The notes under the pieces: generated by a model
What the model was told of the DNA's origin: nothing
Databases searched by the model: none
The model's input: only the letters and a program-made list of their open reading frames with translations
Shown here: positions 24,789 through 37,946 of the stretch, piece by piece
Numbering within the stretch: position 1 is the first letter of the stretch
Layout of the letters: every line of letters starts with the position of its first letter
NCBI GenBank assembly: GCA_951406725.2
Contig: OX597816.1
Location: 82,646,001-82,710,000, forward strand
Length of the DNA: 64,000 nt
Source: Octopus vulgaris
Taxonomy: Eukaryota
Direction: 5' to 3'
Translations under genes and position numbers: made by a program

Positions 24789-26022
24789 CTGGGGTGTTTA
24801 AAAAATAAATTAAAAATTAAAAAATAAATAAAAGCAAATAAATTTTGAATTCAAGTAAATTCTTGTCTTTTGTCGAAAAATTAAATCATTTTAGTTTCAT
24901 TGTCTTCTTCAGATGACCGAGAAGATTTCGATATTGCTCACCCACTTTATCAAACAACAAACAGTCTGAATCTGCTTTCGTGGAGAGATTGCAAACAAAT
25001 GATACCATTTGTATGAATGGTGAGGTAGACACATGAAGAAGGGGAATACAAACTCAGTCATGCAAAATTTGATTTTCCCTGATGGGAAAGGTGCACAACT
25101 TCAAGATAAGGAGAAGAATAGTTACATGTTGGTACATGTTGGTCTATCTTTGTAAAACACACAAGTCATGAAAATCATTGAGAATGAGTTTTATAAAGAC
25201 CATGTACACTATGAGATACATGAAAAATGGTAAGTTACAATGGTTGTAGGTACAAATAAAGCATTTTAAAATGAAAGGAGAATATTTTTTTATATTTAAG
25301 CAAGAGTAAGAAAGGCAGCACCAATGACCTTTCTTTTAGCAGGGTTTCTGAGATAGATGGGGAGAAATGGAGTCAGAAACCACTACTCAAGAGTCATCCT
25401 GGTCAAAATACTAGCAATAGACTCTGCTAAATATACCTGAGATCCAAGTAATGGTGTTAAATCAGGCAACAAATACAGTTCATCTGATGGGTTGTACAAT
25501 TTCTGTTAACATAGTTCAATCACAAAGCTGGTGGGTGGGTGGGTCTATCAGACATTTTTTCAAGGTGCTTTGTAGTGAGATTACATTAGAAATCCAGTGA
25601 TTGACCATATGGCCATGCCTATATGTCATATGCTGACTGAAATGTAATGTACAGATAAATTATACAGTCCAAGGGCATAGGTGTATAAATAAAGACTATG
25701 ACTGTCACTTGCAAGCAAGTAGACTTGGCAGCATACACCATACATTTGCTAGTTGTTTTAGGTGTGAGCTGACATAGACATCACCTCTGCTCCAACAACC
25801 TTGACCCAGCAGTGAGGATATGACGGATGTAGGGAAAGAGGGCTGCACCAGCACTAAGCTAATAGGTAAATATTCTCTGGTTTCAGGAAAGGCAACTTGA
25901 CTGTAGAAAACTGTTTAACATACTCTCATCTAACCCATGCAAGCATGGAAAAGTAGATATTAAAATAATGATAATGATGATGATGATATAGAAATACATA
26001 AATAAAATAGATAAAAACTTAC

Positions 26023-26100
26023 AAGAGTTATTCCAAGACTCCAGACATCAGATCTTACATCATAACCTCGACTGGATGCTCGAGGGTCAATTCGTTCAGG
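26023..26100 (-). CDS. MAP2K4: MAP2K4 exon (78 nt)
   Basis: CAG/GTAAG boundaries. Translates PERIDPRASSRGYDVRSDVWSLGITL. Confidence 0.96.
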
Positions 26101-26390
26101 CTGGAAGAAATGAAATTATGCAATTCAATAAGTCATATTGAGGATTAAATAGAGGCTACAAATTAATAACTGGGTGGATATGGAATTGTAACAACAATTC
26201 CTTGCTTAAAAAGCATTGTATAAAAAAAAAGTTGGGGTAAGGAGGGAGAAAGACTCCTGAATATTTCGTTTCCTTTCATCATGCAGTATATCTGCTGATG
26301 CTGTGTTAGCCAACATCAAGAATAACTAAAGTGTAACAAAGGTAAATAAGAATCAAAATTTTCAGCAGAACAAAGAAATAGAATACTTAC

Positions 26391-26518
26391 TGCCATATAA
26401 GGCCGGCAGCCAGCATCACGACTTTTGGCAATAGAATCCACTAACTGACCACTAATTCCAAAATCACAGAGTTTGATGTTACCTTTTCTGTCCAGCAGAA
26501 TATTTGAAGGTTTCACAT
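26391..26518 (-). CDS. MAP2K4: MAP2K4 exon (128 nt; catalytic loop end, DFG, activation loop)
   Basis: CAG/GTAAGT boundaries. Translates (D)[42 protein letters not shown]. Confidence 0.97.
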
Positions 26519-26925
26519 CTGGAAAAGAGGTAAATTTTTAATGATTTCATTTAAAAAAAATTACTTAAAAAAAAAAACGAAAAAATGTTGATAAAAATAT
26601 CAGGTTTGGGACTATGGTTGATTAATATATTTCATCAATGTCATTTTAATGTCCACTTTTCCATGCTTGCATAGATGGAATTTGTCAAGATAGATTTTCT
26701 ATGGATGGATGCTCTTCTTGTAAACCCTCACCTGTTTCCAAGCAAGGAAATATTTCCCTGGTCCTTTGAACAAAACACCTTAATAGCTAGATATGTTTAC
26801 ATGGAAGATTACAGACAAAAGACATTGTGTATAAGCAGCAATTTTGGCTACAATCTGTGCACAAATATCAAGACCAGAAGACACAAATGCACAATAATAA
26901 TAAATCCTCTATAGCTTCAACTCAC

Positions 26926-26977
26926 CTCTGTGGATAATCTTTAGCTTCTCTTTTAAATAATTCAATGCTTTAAGCGT
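26926..26977 (-). CDS. MAP2K4: MAP2K4 exon (52 nt)
   Basis: CAG/GTGAGT boundaries. Translates TLKALNYLKEKLKIIHR(D). Confidence 0.95.
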
Positions 26978-27357
26978 CTGGAAATGAAATAACATGTTAA
27001 TTTGTTAAAAGCAATAAAATATAAAGCATAATTATTTTCAATAGAGAAATAATTTCTTAAATTCTTCAGCAAGAAAATCATTTTTTCTTTTTTTGTAACA
27101 AAATAAATTTGAAATTAAATTTAGTTTTACTTATATTAAATAATTTTGTTGATTATGAGGTTAAACCACAGCACTATAGCTTACATGGTTGTACGTTGAA
27201 AACGTTTAATATCTATTATAGAGGTGTGCCCCAGAGCAAGGTGCATAACTCTGGTTGAACCAATTTAACTGACTGACAAAAAAATAGATTACATTTCTAA
27301 TTGATTGTAGAAATTCTATTTTTTTTATTAAATAAAGTGAAATAAATCATTGTAATG

Positions 27358-27647
27358 GTAGAACTTGAAGTAGATAAAGCTATAAATAATTGCATGTATA
27401 GTATTAAATAAGAAAACCCTCGGATAGAAAAAAGTAAAAGGCTGCACATGGACTTGAACCCACTTCTTCAGATGTGCTACCATTCCAAAGCAGACAGGAC
27501 AGTAGTGTTTTGAATAAAAGATAATATTAAATTATTATCAATCAGAAGATGTGGGTTTGAATTCTATGGGCATGAACTTTTTTCCTATCCAAATGGTTTT
27601 TAAGCCAATATCCCACATGCTATTATTTGTAGATTTGAGTTCTACTG
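27358..27647. repeat. Old, diverged fold-back element
   Basis: gtagaact..aaataa.tgcatgt..aaaacc..ggatagaaaaaagt..gaacccacttcttc versus gaagatgtgggtttgaa..actttttcctatcc..ggtttt..acatgctattattt..agttctac. Confidence 0.65.
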
Positions 27648-28454
27648 CAAAAACAAAATAATTTATGAATATTTTTTGTCATAGAAGTGGAAGGGTAGTA
27701 CCCACAACTTTTTAGCAGAACATTCAAGTCTGTGAACAGGAAAGGAAGAAAGAAACCCACACTCCTGAGTAGTAGCAGTAGAAAATAATGTATCAAGAAA
27801 GTGAATTATCCTCAGACCAGATCCAGTTGTAAAAATAGTTGCCCTAACCTTACTGACTAACAGTAGCCCTAGGACACAACATAATGATTGTAATAGTAAC
27901 TATAATCTTATGCTTAGAGTGCCTCTTATGCATAACCCTCCCCTCTGTTATCAAGGGCAACCTCTCATTGATTCAACTATATCATTGGAACAGTGAAACA
28001 GTTTTTTTCTATTTGCCACTGGATGTACTTCCTTGAGGTGATGGAAGGGGGGATCCAGTAAACTCGTGTTTTTGAATCAAATCCCGTGATATTTATTCTG
28101 CCCAAGTTGCACAGACAATCCTTCATCACTCTTGATGTTAGAAATGCAGTGAACCAGTGGTTGGCCCACTGGAAACTTATAACTAATAACATTATTCTTT
28201 AAAAAAAACAAGAATAAATAAATAAAATAAGAGGTTTTTTCCTTAGGGAAATGGATGGCTTTCTTATCCCTCTTTGATGAAGAAACTCTCCTATTATTTC
28301 TTGAAAGAAGGTCTCTTTAGTAATTTCTCTGACAAAGAGCCTTGCTTGAAATAATTCACAAAATGTCCCCTAACATAAATAATGATATATATCAGGGTAA
28401 GAAAATAAAAACAAAAAATATAATCAAAAGAACATGTAAAGGCATTGTACTTAC

Positions 28455-28574
28455 TGCTACAGCAATTTTGCCTAATATTTCTTCAGGCATAGTACTTATC
28501 ATAACTGAATATATGAATTTATAAAATTTATCTAAAGATATGTCCATTACTTCCATACAAATCCAGCAATCCCC
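28455..28574 (-). CDS. MAP2K4: MAP2K4 exon (120 nt)
   Basis: CAG/GTAAGT boundaries. Translates GDCWICMEVMDISLDKFYKFIYSVMISTMPEEILGKIAVA. Confidence 0.96.
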
Positions 28575-29979
28575 CTGCAAAAAATGGGAAAATTTGAAAA
28601 TAAAGCTTCCTTTTTTGACATAATCTAGATTAAAAAGAATAACATTATAGACAACTGTTATTTTTTCATCATTTCTTCCAATGCTGATATTGGTCACAAT
28701 TTTTTTCCCAGTGCACTTCTCACCAAAGTGTATTCTATTCTAAAATGAAAAGAAATTAGATTTGTCACATTGATTCCTAAATTAGACAGAACACCACAAC
28801 TTTACAACAGAAGATAAGAAGATTGTGTAATATTCATAACTTACTCAAGAGCATTAGTAGTGTAAGTGAAATGAATTTGCTTAAACTTAACAAAAATAAA
28901 ACTGGGTTGTTGACTCCACTTGGGAGATTATCTTTTAATCTACAACAATTACCATAGTTGAAAATCAAATGATTGAAGAAAAACCAAGTTAACCTTAGGA
29001 GGGTTAGCTTTTAAAATCTAGAATGATAAAAAATGGTAGAAAATTCTTTGTTTACAACACTTGTATTGTTCAAAGTAGATTAATATATTTGTAATTGCAA
29101 TTAATTCTAGAATATTACCAGTTTATATTTTATTAATCCTGGATACTGGAAAGGGATGAAATTATATTTTGTAAACTATTTACTCAGGTACTCACCAAAG
29201 AGAAAAACAATGCAGGAGTGAAGCCTCAGGCTAAAGGGAAGTTAACAAATATCATAGTTTGATGTTTTACAGTATTGTGCAATTAAATAGTTTCATATGA
29301 CAACAGAATAACAGTGTGATAGCAGATAATGTAGTTGAAAACTCCTATATGTAGTAACTAAACAAACATTTAGCTTACTAGAACAGCAAGGGTTAGGGTT
29401 AAAACTTTTACTATCAAATTTCTAATAATTATGTGCGTTTCAGTTAATTTTCAAAATAATTTAAGAATATAAAATCTTGAAAGTTCTACATCAAATTGAC
29501 ACAACTTTTATCAGACTGAAATCTCTCATGTTATATATATAATAACAAAATCTCAACTGACATTTAAAACAGGCAGTTTGGGAGCAAATGCGTATCATAG
29601 AACTATAAGTTATCTTTAGAGCGTTTGTACTCAAAGGGTTAATGTGTTTAGATACTGCTAAACCTAATAACCTATGATAGCATTGAAAGACAGAACTAAA
29701 ACTTGGTTGCAAAACATGGTCAATGAAAAGTTTGAAGGAATTGAACTGAATATAAACTACTGGCTTTGCAATGTTAAGAAGTTACATGGTTTAAGTCTTA
29801 AATACTTAATAAGACAATGTCCAATACAATGTTTAATGACTAAAAGGAAATAGTTTAATAAAAACATTACAAGCAGTGGTCATAATACTGAACTAGTGTA
29901 ACACCAGGGTTGAAATGAATATAAATAAACAGTTGAACTAAGAGAAGGGGTTATTGTGAAGTTTGGGAACTCTTCTTAC

Positions 29980-30099
29980 CTCTTTAAAAAGAGCACCATA
30001 AAATTGGACAATATATGGACAATCGTTACTCCTCATCACAACATCTAAGTCCATCAAAAGTTGTTTTTGATCTTTCTCATCCACTGTTGATCTGATTCT
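29980..30099 (-). CDS. MAP2K4: MAP2K4 exon (120 nt)
   Basis: CAG/GTAAG boundaries. Translates RIRSTVDEKDQKQLLMDLDVVMRSNDCPYIVQFYGALFKE. Confidence 0.96.
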
Positions 30100-30923
30100 C
30101 TGAAGTGAAAAAAAAGAAGAGTAGAGGAGGAGAAATAATTAATAATTTCCTTACAAATGGAATAACTTGTAATGGGTGAAAGGATGTCAAGACATTTTCA
30201 AGTTAATTAGTTACTGATTCAAATATTATCCCTAGCACTGTGCTTTGTTTTTAGAAGGGCAATGAGGATGTCTTACACATTACTTATTTGTTAATAGAGG
30301 ACTTAAGAATATAGAAGCTATAAAAAATATTCAGGCAAGATACTGTTATGCAGCCAAAACTTAACTGACAACATAACAAATAAGATCAAGTAGGAGAAAC
30401 ATTAAGTTTCTTAAGTTAGCTACAGATCATCATCTCACAGTCACTTGTTGCAAAGCAGATAAGAACCCCACCTGCCCAAATACTGATCTTTTAGGTAAGG
30501 ATCTGGAATTTTTCTGCCCCTATTTACTTAGAATAGAGAAGGTGAGAAAAAAAAAAAAGCAGATGAGTATGTTATGCAGGAGCAAAATTGCTGAAACTAA
30601 AATGTAGTCTGGAGACCAGCAGGTTGAAATTTTGTCTATTTGCAGTGCTCTGATAAATATTTATATGGAAATTCTACACAAGTATTCTTTCTCCAAAGTA
30701 ATCGTGCAGTCCAGAGAGCAACTTCATCATTACCATTGTTTATATGACCTGATTACTATGTTGGATATATTTAACATAAGCTAATACCTAAAATCAATGT
30801 GAATATATACTTTTTATTCTGAATGATAAGCTATTTTACCTAACCTCAGTTATATTAAAAGGGATACAAGAAATGTTCTACCTACACAGATATTCAATTA
30901 AACAAAAATCCAACTGGTATGTA

Positions 30924-31285
30924 TTATTTAAAGAATGTAGTTGTGTAAAGCCAGAACAATGTGAGAACATACAAAGTAAACAACAAATTGAAAAGAAAAC
31001 TGAATGAAGTTGCAGTTTTACCTTGTATTTCTATATTTTGGGGTGAGGACTTCTTCTTCAAGACACTTGGAAAAGTGGTAGTTGGAAAAAGTTTATTGCT
31101 TACTGAGCAACAAACTTTTTCCAACCACTGCTTTTCTGAATGTCCTGAAGAAGGGGTCTTCACCCCGTAATATAGAAATACAAGGTAAAACTGCAACTTA
31201 GTTCAGTTTTCTTTTCAATTTGTAGTTTACTTTGTATGTTCTCACATTGTTTTGGCTTTACACAACTACATTCTTTAAATTATTC
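30924..31285. repeat. Near-perfect ~360-bp palindrome with Penelope-type hammerhead-like motif
   Basis: Arms of ~177 bp pair up to a ~6-nt loop near 31100-31105. The right arm contains CTGAAGA-A-GGGG-TCTTCA-CCCC-GTAA. Confidence 0.93.
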
Positions 31286-31353
31286 AAATAAATATATACT
31301 TATAACATGGAAACTGAAATATGAATGTAAAATATATAAATCAAAAGACTTAC

Positions 31354-31467
31354 TTTCACAGCCATTACTGTTTCACTTTCTCTGTGTACCATTTTATTGA
31401 CTGTACCATAGTTACCTTGACCAATTAATCCGAGATCTTTAAGATCTTCGGCTGTGAATTTATAACT
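31354..31467 (-). CDS. MAP2K4: MAP2K4 exon (114 nt; Gly-rich loop and catalytic Lys)
   Basis: CAG/GTAAGT boundaries. Translates SYKFTAEDLKDLGLIGQGNYGTVNKMVHRESETVMAVK. Confidence 0.96.
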
Positions 31468-33645
31468 CTGAAAGACACAAAATAAGACATTGAAAACAAA
31501 TATATCCCAACTTGATACTAGGTGATAGCTCTTCATTTATATTCTAGTTCAGGAAGTTTATAGTTTATGAAGGGTTACTCGCATGTGTGCACACGCACAC
31601 ACACACTTTAGTATATATATATTTCATCATTATCAGATATAGGAGTTTTGACCAAAATTTGAAATTAGCTTAAAAAAATGTCTTGGCACAAAGCTAATTC
31701 AGTATTTTTCTCAGACATATTTTCAACTTTGAGTTTTTTTTCCTTATGTTTGTAAAACCAAACATATGCATGTTGGTAGGAAATGAGGAATGGTTTGAAT
31801 AGTCATCATCTACTTTAACCACCTTCCACCACACTTTTCATTACTTCAAAAAAGACCCTTGACCGAAATGCCATATCTCACCTCTTTTTTTTTGCAGCGC
31901 ACATATTTTATTTCAGAGAATTATATGAGATAACATTAGATGTACTTTTTAAGTGTAAATGTCAAATGCACTGGCTATTAGATGTAAGGTCGATGATGAC
32001 GAAGTTGATGACCTTTATCTCAGAAGTTCAGCAACTCAACAATTAAAAACATACTTATTAGACCTACATCTAAATCTAAATTTTTAATTAAAAACTCAGA
32101 TAAATATTATTACTTAATTTTCCTTTAAACTAATTGAAACAATTTATCTATGTCCTGCATAATGAGGTACAACAGAGCCTTAGCATGTTCAGTGGTTATA
32201 TTTGCAGAGGTTGTTATGAATACAGTATATATTATCTACTGAAGTATTACTGAAATAGTAATATTGTATCTGTGGATGTTATATCTTATATTATCAATTA
32301 TTGATCAATGGAGGTTTATTACTCACTTAAGGAAAGATTGTTTTCTGATTTACTACTGGTTGAGACAAGCAATAAACCTGGATATTTTTTCACAAGATCA
32401 GTGATTTAAATTTTGGAATATGATTTGTAAAATCAGATTTAAAATCAAGTTCCATGACATGCAATTGGGTAAAACTGAACATGTGGTGGTTACAATCGCA
32501 TGAGATTAAATCGAGATGATTAGTCTTGGGGTAGAATGTTTAATTAAAATTATAGGTATTGTTATGTTAAGATGTTCAAAAGAAAAGATTTTCAAAAAAG
32601 TTTCTAAATGAATTATTAAATTGATATGTTTGAATGGTACAGTTCTTGTAAAGAACTGTTTATAGCATTATTATCTTTAGTTCTTGAAATACAGAGAGTA
32701 AGCCTGACACACACGCAAAAATTGATGAGAGTCAGAATTTTGGTAACGTTTTATAACAGAAATAAATGCATATATGTTTAGGTATATGGCCGGAACAAGT
32801 AAAAGAGTGTGTCTATGTGTGTGGGTGTTGGATATTTAAAAAAATTAATAGTGTATATTTTTCAATGCAAGTAAGTAGGATTGGACATATGAAAAAACGA
32901 ATGTTGACCAGGGATCTGTATCAATTAACAGCATAATAGCATTTGATACGTTTGTTTAATATCTGAAAAGATTTGACTTTTGGTAGTGATATGAATTAAC
33001 AGATGTGTATAGACAGTATCTATACACATGGTCAATTATATCTGTGCAAGTTATTACTGACATGCTGATTGCATATCTTGACATTATTACTCAGGTAATG
33101 ATTGTAAAGTTGTGGGTTCAATTCCTGAACCAGGGGGTACATTCTGTTCTTGAGCATGGTACTTTATTTTACATTGCTCCAGTCACTCAGCTGAAAATGA
33201 GTACCAGCTGACTGCTAATGTAGCTTTCTCCCCTTCCAATTGTGATGGGTCAGAGTGGGAGGGTCAAGAGAATGTCTATGCCTGTTTGCAACAGCAAATG
33301 CACCTAAAACAATAAATAAAAGTGTAGTACAAACTACCAAGTCATAATCACATTGTGAGTAATGGCTAAGCATGATTGAATTATAATGAATATGAATCTT
33401 TGGTGGGTATTATATATAAATATATGCCAGTTGTTATAGCAGACATACAGTGTGAATTACAGCATGTGGTGGTTACTAACAGTACCTGTTGCAGTCAAGT
33501 ACAATATCTATAGAGGTTAATATGCAATTAGTTGTATATCATGGCTACTGCATTGTTGTATCTGTTGTGCTTATACAGAATTCAATAATTAGATGAAACA
33601 TCCTGTGAAACAGTGATGATGATGATTAATAAGAAACTGACCTAC

Positions 33646-33703
33646 CTGTCTGTTTATTTGTAGTTTACCCGCAGAAGTCATTCCATAAGAACGTAGACGT
33701 TCT
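33646..33703 (-). CDS. MAP2K4: MAP2K4 exon (58 nt)
   Basis: tttcAG/GTAGG boundaries, phase-compatible on both sides. Translates ERLRSYGMTSAGKLQINRQ (cf. ERLRTHSIESSGKLKISPEQ). Confidence 0.9.
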
Positions 33704-34656
33704 CTGAAACATTAAAAAAGAAAAGTAAGATATAAAAATGTAGCAATAAAAACATCAGAAGAAAAACCATGTATAACTATAGTTATAGAAGAATAGTAAT
33801 AATCATGAATTCACTGGATTGAGGAGGACCACCATGAATTTTGTCTTTGCATGGTGTATCTTAGACAAGTTGGCTTGACAGAATCTATGTCTCCAAACTG
33901 TATCAACAAGAGGAGTGAAACCGAGTACAACAACCTAATGAAATGTTTGTTAGTTTAACAGTCTTGTGGTCCTGTGATTGTTTACATCTATAAAAGTAGT
34001 TGTTCCTATTCTGCAGTACTCGATGGACAGACTGATTTGAGTTTTAGTATCTGAGATAAGGAAACAATATGGTACCAATACCAGGAGATGGACCTCCAAT
34101 TTCTTGTATGGTGGTCTAGTATTCTTTGATTTTGCAAATTATGAAGTAAAAAGAAAAAGTTATTGCAATAGCAACAACATAGAACACATAGTGAGATGGT
34201 TGTTATTATTATAATATTCATCAGTTCAGACATTTGATGTCCTTCAGCAGCATGAGATTAACCCTTTGGTCATACCAGGATGTTCCTTCAGTAGCATTGG
34301 CACTAGAATATTCCTTCACAAGCATCAGGATAATGAAACACTGTTCATTTGTGATTTCTACATCAGTTATCTTCAGAGCTAAGTAACCTAAAACTGTTCT
34401 TTGATATTTATTGTACAAATTTGTTGTCTCTTCACAATACCACTGTTCGACCTTTTCTCACTTTAAGCAATTGTAATGCTATAAATACCATTCATTCAAC
34501 ATGTACAACTCTAATAAGACAACAAAGTTGTCTTTATGTGATCCTATGATCTGTTAGAAATAACAGCTAAATTACAGACAAATCATACCCCATTGTCTTA
34601 GAAGGAAACACACACTAGATATTGTAGCCCTAAATATGCAAAAGATAAAATGATCA

Positions 34657-35042
34657 ACCATCGTACAAACAATAACTCTGAGCACCTTTTCAAACTCCAC
34701 CCATCTAACACCCGTAGACATATTTACAAAGTCAGAAAACAGCACAGCTCCCATGACTTTAGGAAACATTTTTTCACGCTAAGAGTTGCTGAAACATGGA
34801 ACAAACTGCCGGCATCAGTTGTTAGTTGTCGGGGCACTGCATCCTTCAAAACTTCCATGCTTTCTGAGATTCGCCAACACTACACCTGATTTTCCTCCCC
34901 TCCATACACACACAAGCATGTATCTGACTCATGCATTGTTCGCTTTCCAGACATTTGTACATTACTGCATGTGCTTTATATGCACTGTCTGACAAGTTGT
35001 GGTGCACCTGAGCACTGTATACAATAATTTCATTATTATTAT
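34657..35042 (+). mobile_element. 5'-truncated CR1-group LINE 3' end
   Basis: Peptide LFKLHPSNTRRHIYKVRKQHSSHDFRKHFFTLRVAETWNKLPASVV...SFKTSM is the CR1-type ORF2 terminus. (ATT)n tail. Flanked by ATAAAATGATCA direct repeats (34645-34656, 35043-35054). Confidence 0.88.
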
Positions 35043-37745
35043 ATAAAATGATCATTGCTGGAATGTCTAATAGCCCTCTGGTAATAATTCTAAAAGAAGA
35101 AGAAGAAGCTGCAACATCTGTTTTTCTTCAGCAGGATAGTTCAATTGTGTTTCCAAACAAGAGTCTTCTACACATAGAAACTGTGATGGTGAAAATAAAG
35201 ACTTTCAGATAAAGAGCCCAACAACGAAGGGAGTTAACTTTTCATTACTAACAGACATAACAAATTATTCCTCTTGCATTGTGTCCTCAATGAAAATGTC
35301 AAGGATGTTCCATTTTAAATTCTATAAAAAAATCTCTCACTCACATACAAAGAAACCAAAAGTAAGAAAAACACTTATTGTATTTACTGCTAAAGAGAAT
35401 GGTGAGTAACTAGTAAGTCATCATATAAGAGTCACGAAAGCTACTATGCCTTTGACAGGAAGGTAAAGGATAAAATAGTCGTTTAGGGTTAACATTATAA
35501 AGGATCAATCACAGATACTAATTTTGTCATGAGTAATTAACTAATACACAAAAAATCAACCTAAAATAATAATGTTAATTACTTTCTATTGCAAAATGAA
35601 AGTATTATATTAAATATATATCTATATGTATTATAATGGAGAAAGCTGCTTATTAATTAGGTATATAACAATTACTAAAAGAAAGCAATTACTAAAGGGT
35701 TGACTATCTGGAAATATTTTTATAAATTCATGTTCTAAGAAATTTCCTATAATTTCAATTTCCCAAGTTTATTGAATTTTTAAACTCCAATTTCTCGCAA
35801 ATTTAAATATTCATTGCATTTACTGCATCCGATTCTTCACAAATTTAAATATTCATTGCATTCACTACGAGGTATTCCATTTTCCTTTGCAAAGTCTCTC
35901 ACTTTCTCTTTTAAGTTTAAATTTGCTATTCGAGAAACCGATAATTTATTCTATTAATGTATATGTAATGTAAAAACATTATTTATTGAATGAAAATTTT
36001 TTAAAATACCCATATAATTTTTAAAAGTGGGATAGCTGTAAGAAGAGTCTTGAAAGTTGGGTAATTACTATTAGAAGATGAGGAGAAAAAAAGTTACCAA
36101 GTACTCAAAACTTGCTTCTTATTCACAGTTTCCAAACATTCTATACCACTAAGCCAATATATACACAAGTTGCACGAGCAACTTCAACAGTGACACATAC
36201 ACCAATACACACTTGCACACACACATAGCTACACATACACACAAATGAAAGGCAATGAATGCGTGTGTGCGTGCGCTGTTCACTGACAAAACTTTGTGCT
36301 GCATTACTTTTATGAAGTTTTGTCAGTGAACAGGTTGTGGCTTTGAAGCAAAGAAAATATTTTGACACAAATGAAATTTTAACAGTTTTTGTGTGTTCTT
36401 AAATGGCTTTTAAACATCTTCCACACTGCAATTGTTTTTGTTTCAGCACACGATCTCAGATCAAGTCACTTGCTGTGCAAATACATCCCCGTAATATTTA
36501 AAAATCACTGTGGATAAATGCCAGCAATTACCTCATGCTCTCCAATATTTTAATTTCTAAACAGAAACAATTGGGGACAGGGAGTCGGGTTGCAAAAAGA
36601 TTCATAATTTCTCAAATTTTCTTTTTATAGCATATAAATGTATTTATGGTGAGAAAATATTGAAAAACATCAATACATGCGAGAGTGATAAAGAAATGAG
36701 GAGGGCTGTCTTTGGATGTGCTAGAAACAACAGCCAAATCGCCCTTAAATCACTCACTTTTCCTTCTGAAAATATTAATTTTTTTAAAAACTGAAAATGC
36801 TCTTCTCATGGTTTTGAAGTGCAAAATAAAAAAAAAAATTGCCAAAATAGGTCCAGAGTGGGATGATGAGAGAGAAGGGTGTAAAAAAAAGTTTTCGAAA
36901 TCTTTTTCATACAAAGATGCCCTCCACCCAAACCCCATCATTTCAAAGGCTATGGTTTAAAAAAAAAAAATGGCAAAAATCCCCCCTTCCAATTTCCTCC
37001 ACAAATTTCTTTATAATCGTAATTTATGCCATTTGAAAGGGATTTGTATAAATTTTCATTAAAAGATACCTATCTTCCTGAAAGTTATGATGGAAAAAAG
37101 TCAGATTGTGTGAATTTACTGAAACTCTTCTCTCCATTCCCTTGGAAAAATTATTTCCCATAAATCTCTATATACTCTGAAGCCACAACATCTAAGCAGT
37201 ATTTGTAGAAAATTTTGTTATAAAGTATCCATTTTTCTGGATGTTATGAGGCAACAAAGTTGGAGGCATATACATCTGTGTAGTAATGCCCTTTTATTTA
37301 TACAATATTTTCATTTCATGTTTATTTATTCATGTTTGCAATATTCTCTCTCCCTCCCCCTCTCTCTAACACACACTGCAAAGCTTACAGATGTTGCTTT
37401 GAAGGGAAGGTAAAACTTGACTAACTGATTCTCCCTCAGTTGTTGGACTACCATGATGTTTGTTTATAAAAGAGATATTATGACTGTAATAAAATAATGA
37501 AAGCAATATTTACTAAGCAAGCGAGCACTATTATACAAAGAAATAATTAGATGTAAAATATAAAAATCATTAGAATTGGGAATCAAATGAGAAAATATTA
37601 TCAAGAGGCTAGCAGAAAACTATCCAGAGAGCAGTCGTTCTGCTAGTAATATATAATAAATTTCAGAGATATATAACCTGTTAACTATTAAAAGCATTTA
37701 TCTATGTATATATAAGAATGGCAGATCTCTTAAAGAAAATGTATA

Positions 37746-37946
37746 TGAGAGGGGTTACTGCAAAGTTCTTGGCTTTGGATAACAGAAAATGCAATACAAG
37801 AGGATCAGTTAATTATGATTTTATTCCCCTCTCAGATTCACACATTGCAGTGGTCCTTCAGTTTTTCTAAGCCCTGTAAAAGAACTTGGAAGGTTGGGCC
37901 TCCAATTAGGCCTTTTGCAATACCCTTAATTTTTCAGCACCCCTCG
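37746..37946. mobile_element. Mariner-derived MITE
   Basis: TA-flanked. Ends gaggggttactgcaaagtt / aatttttcagcacccctcg are mariner-type CGAGGGG TIRs. Confidence 0.7.

Noticed and set aside
29389-29402. Telomere-like GGGTTAGGGTTA
   Set aside because: Only two units; expected by chance.
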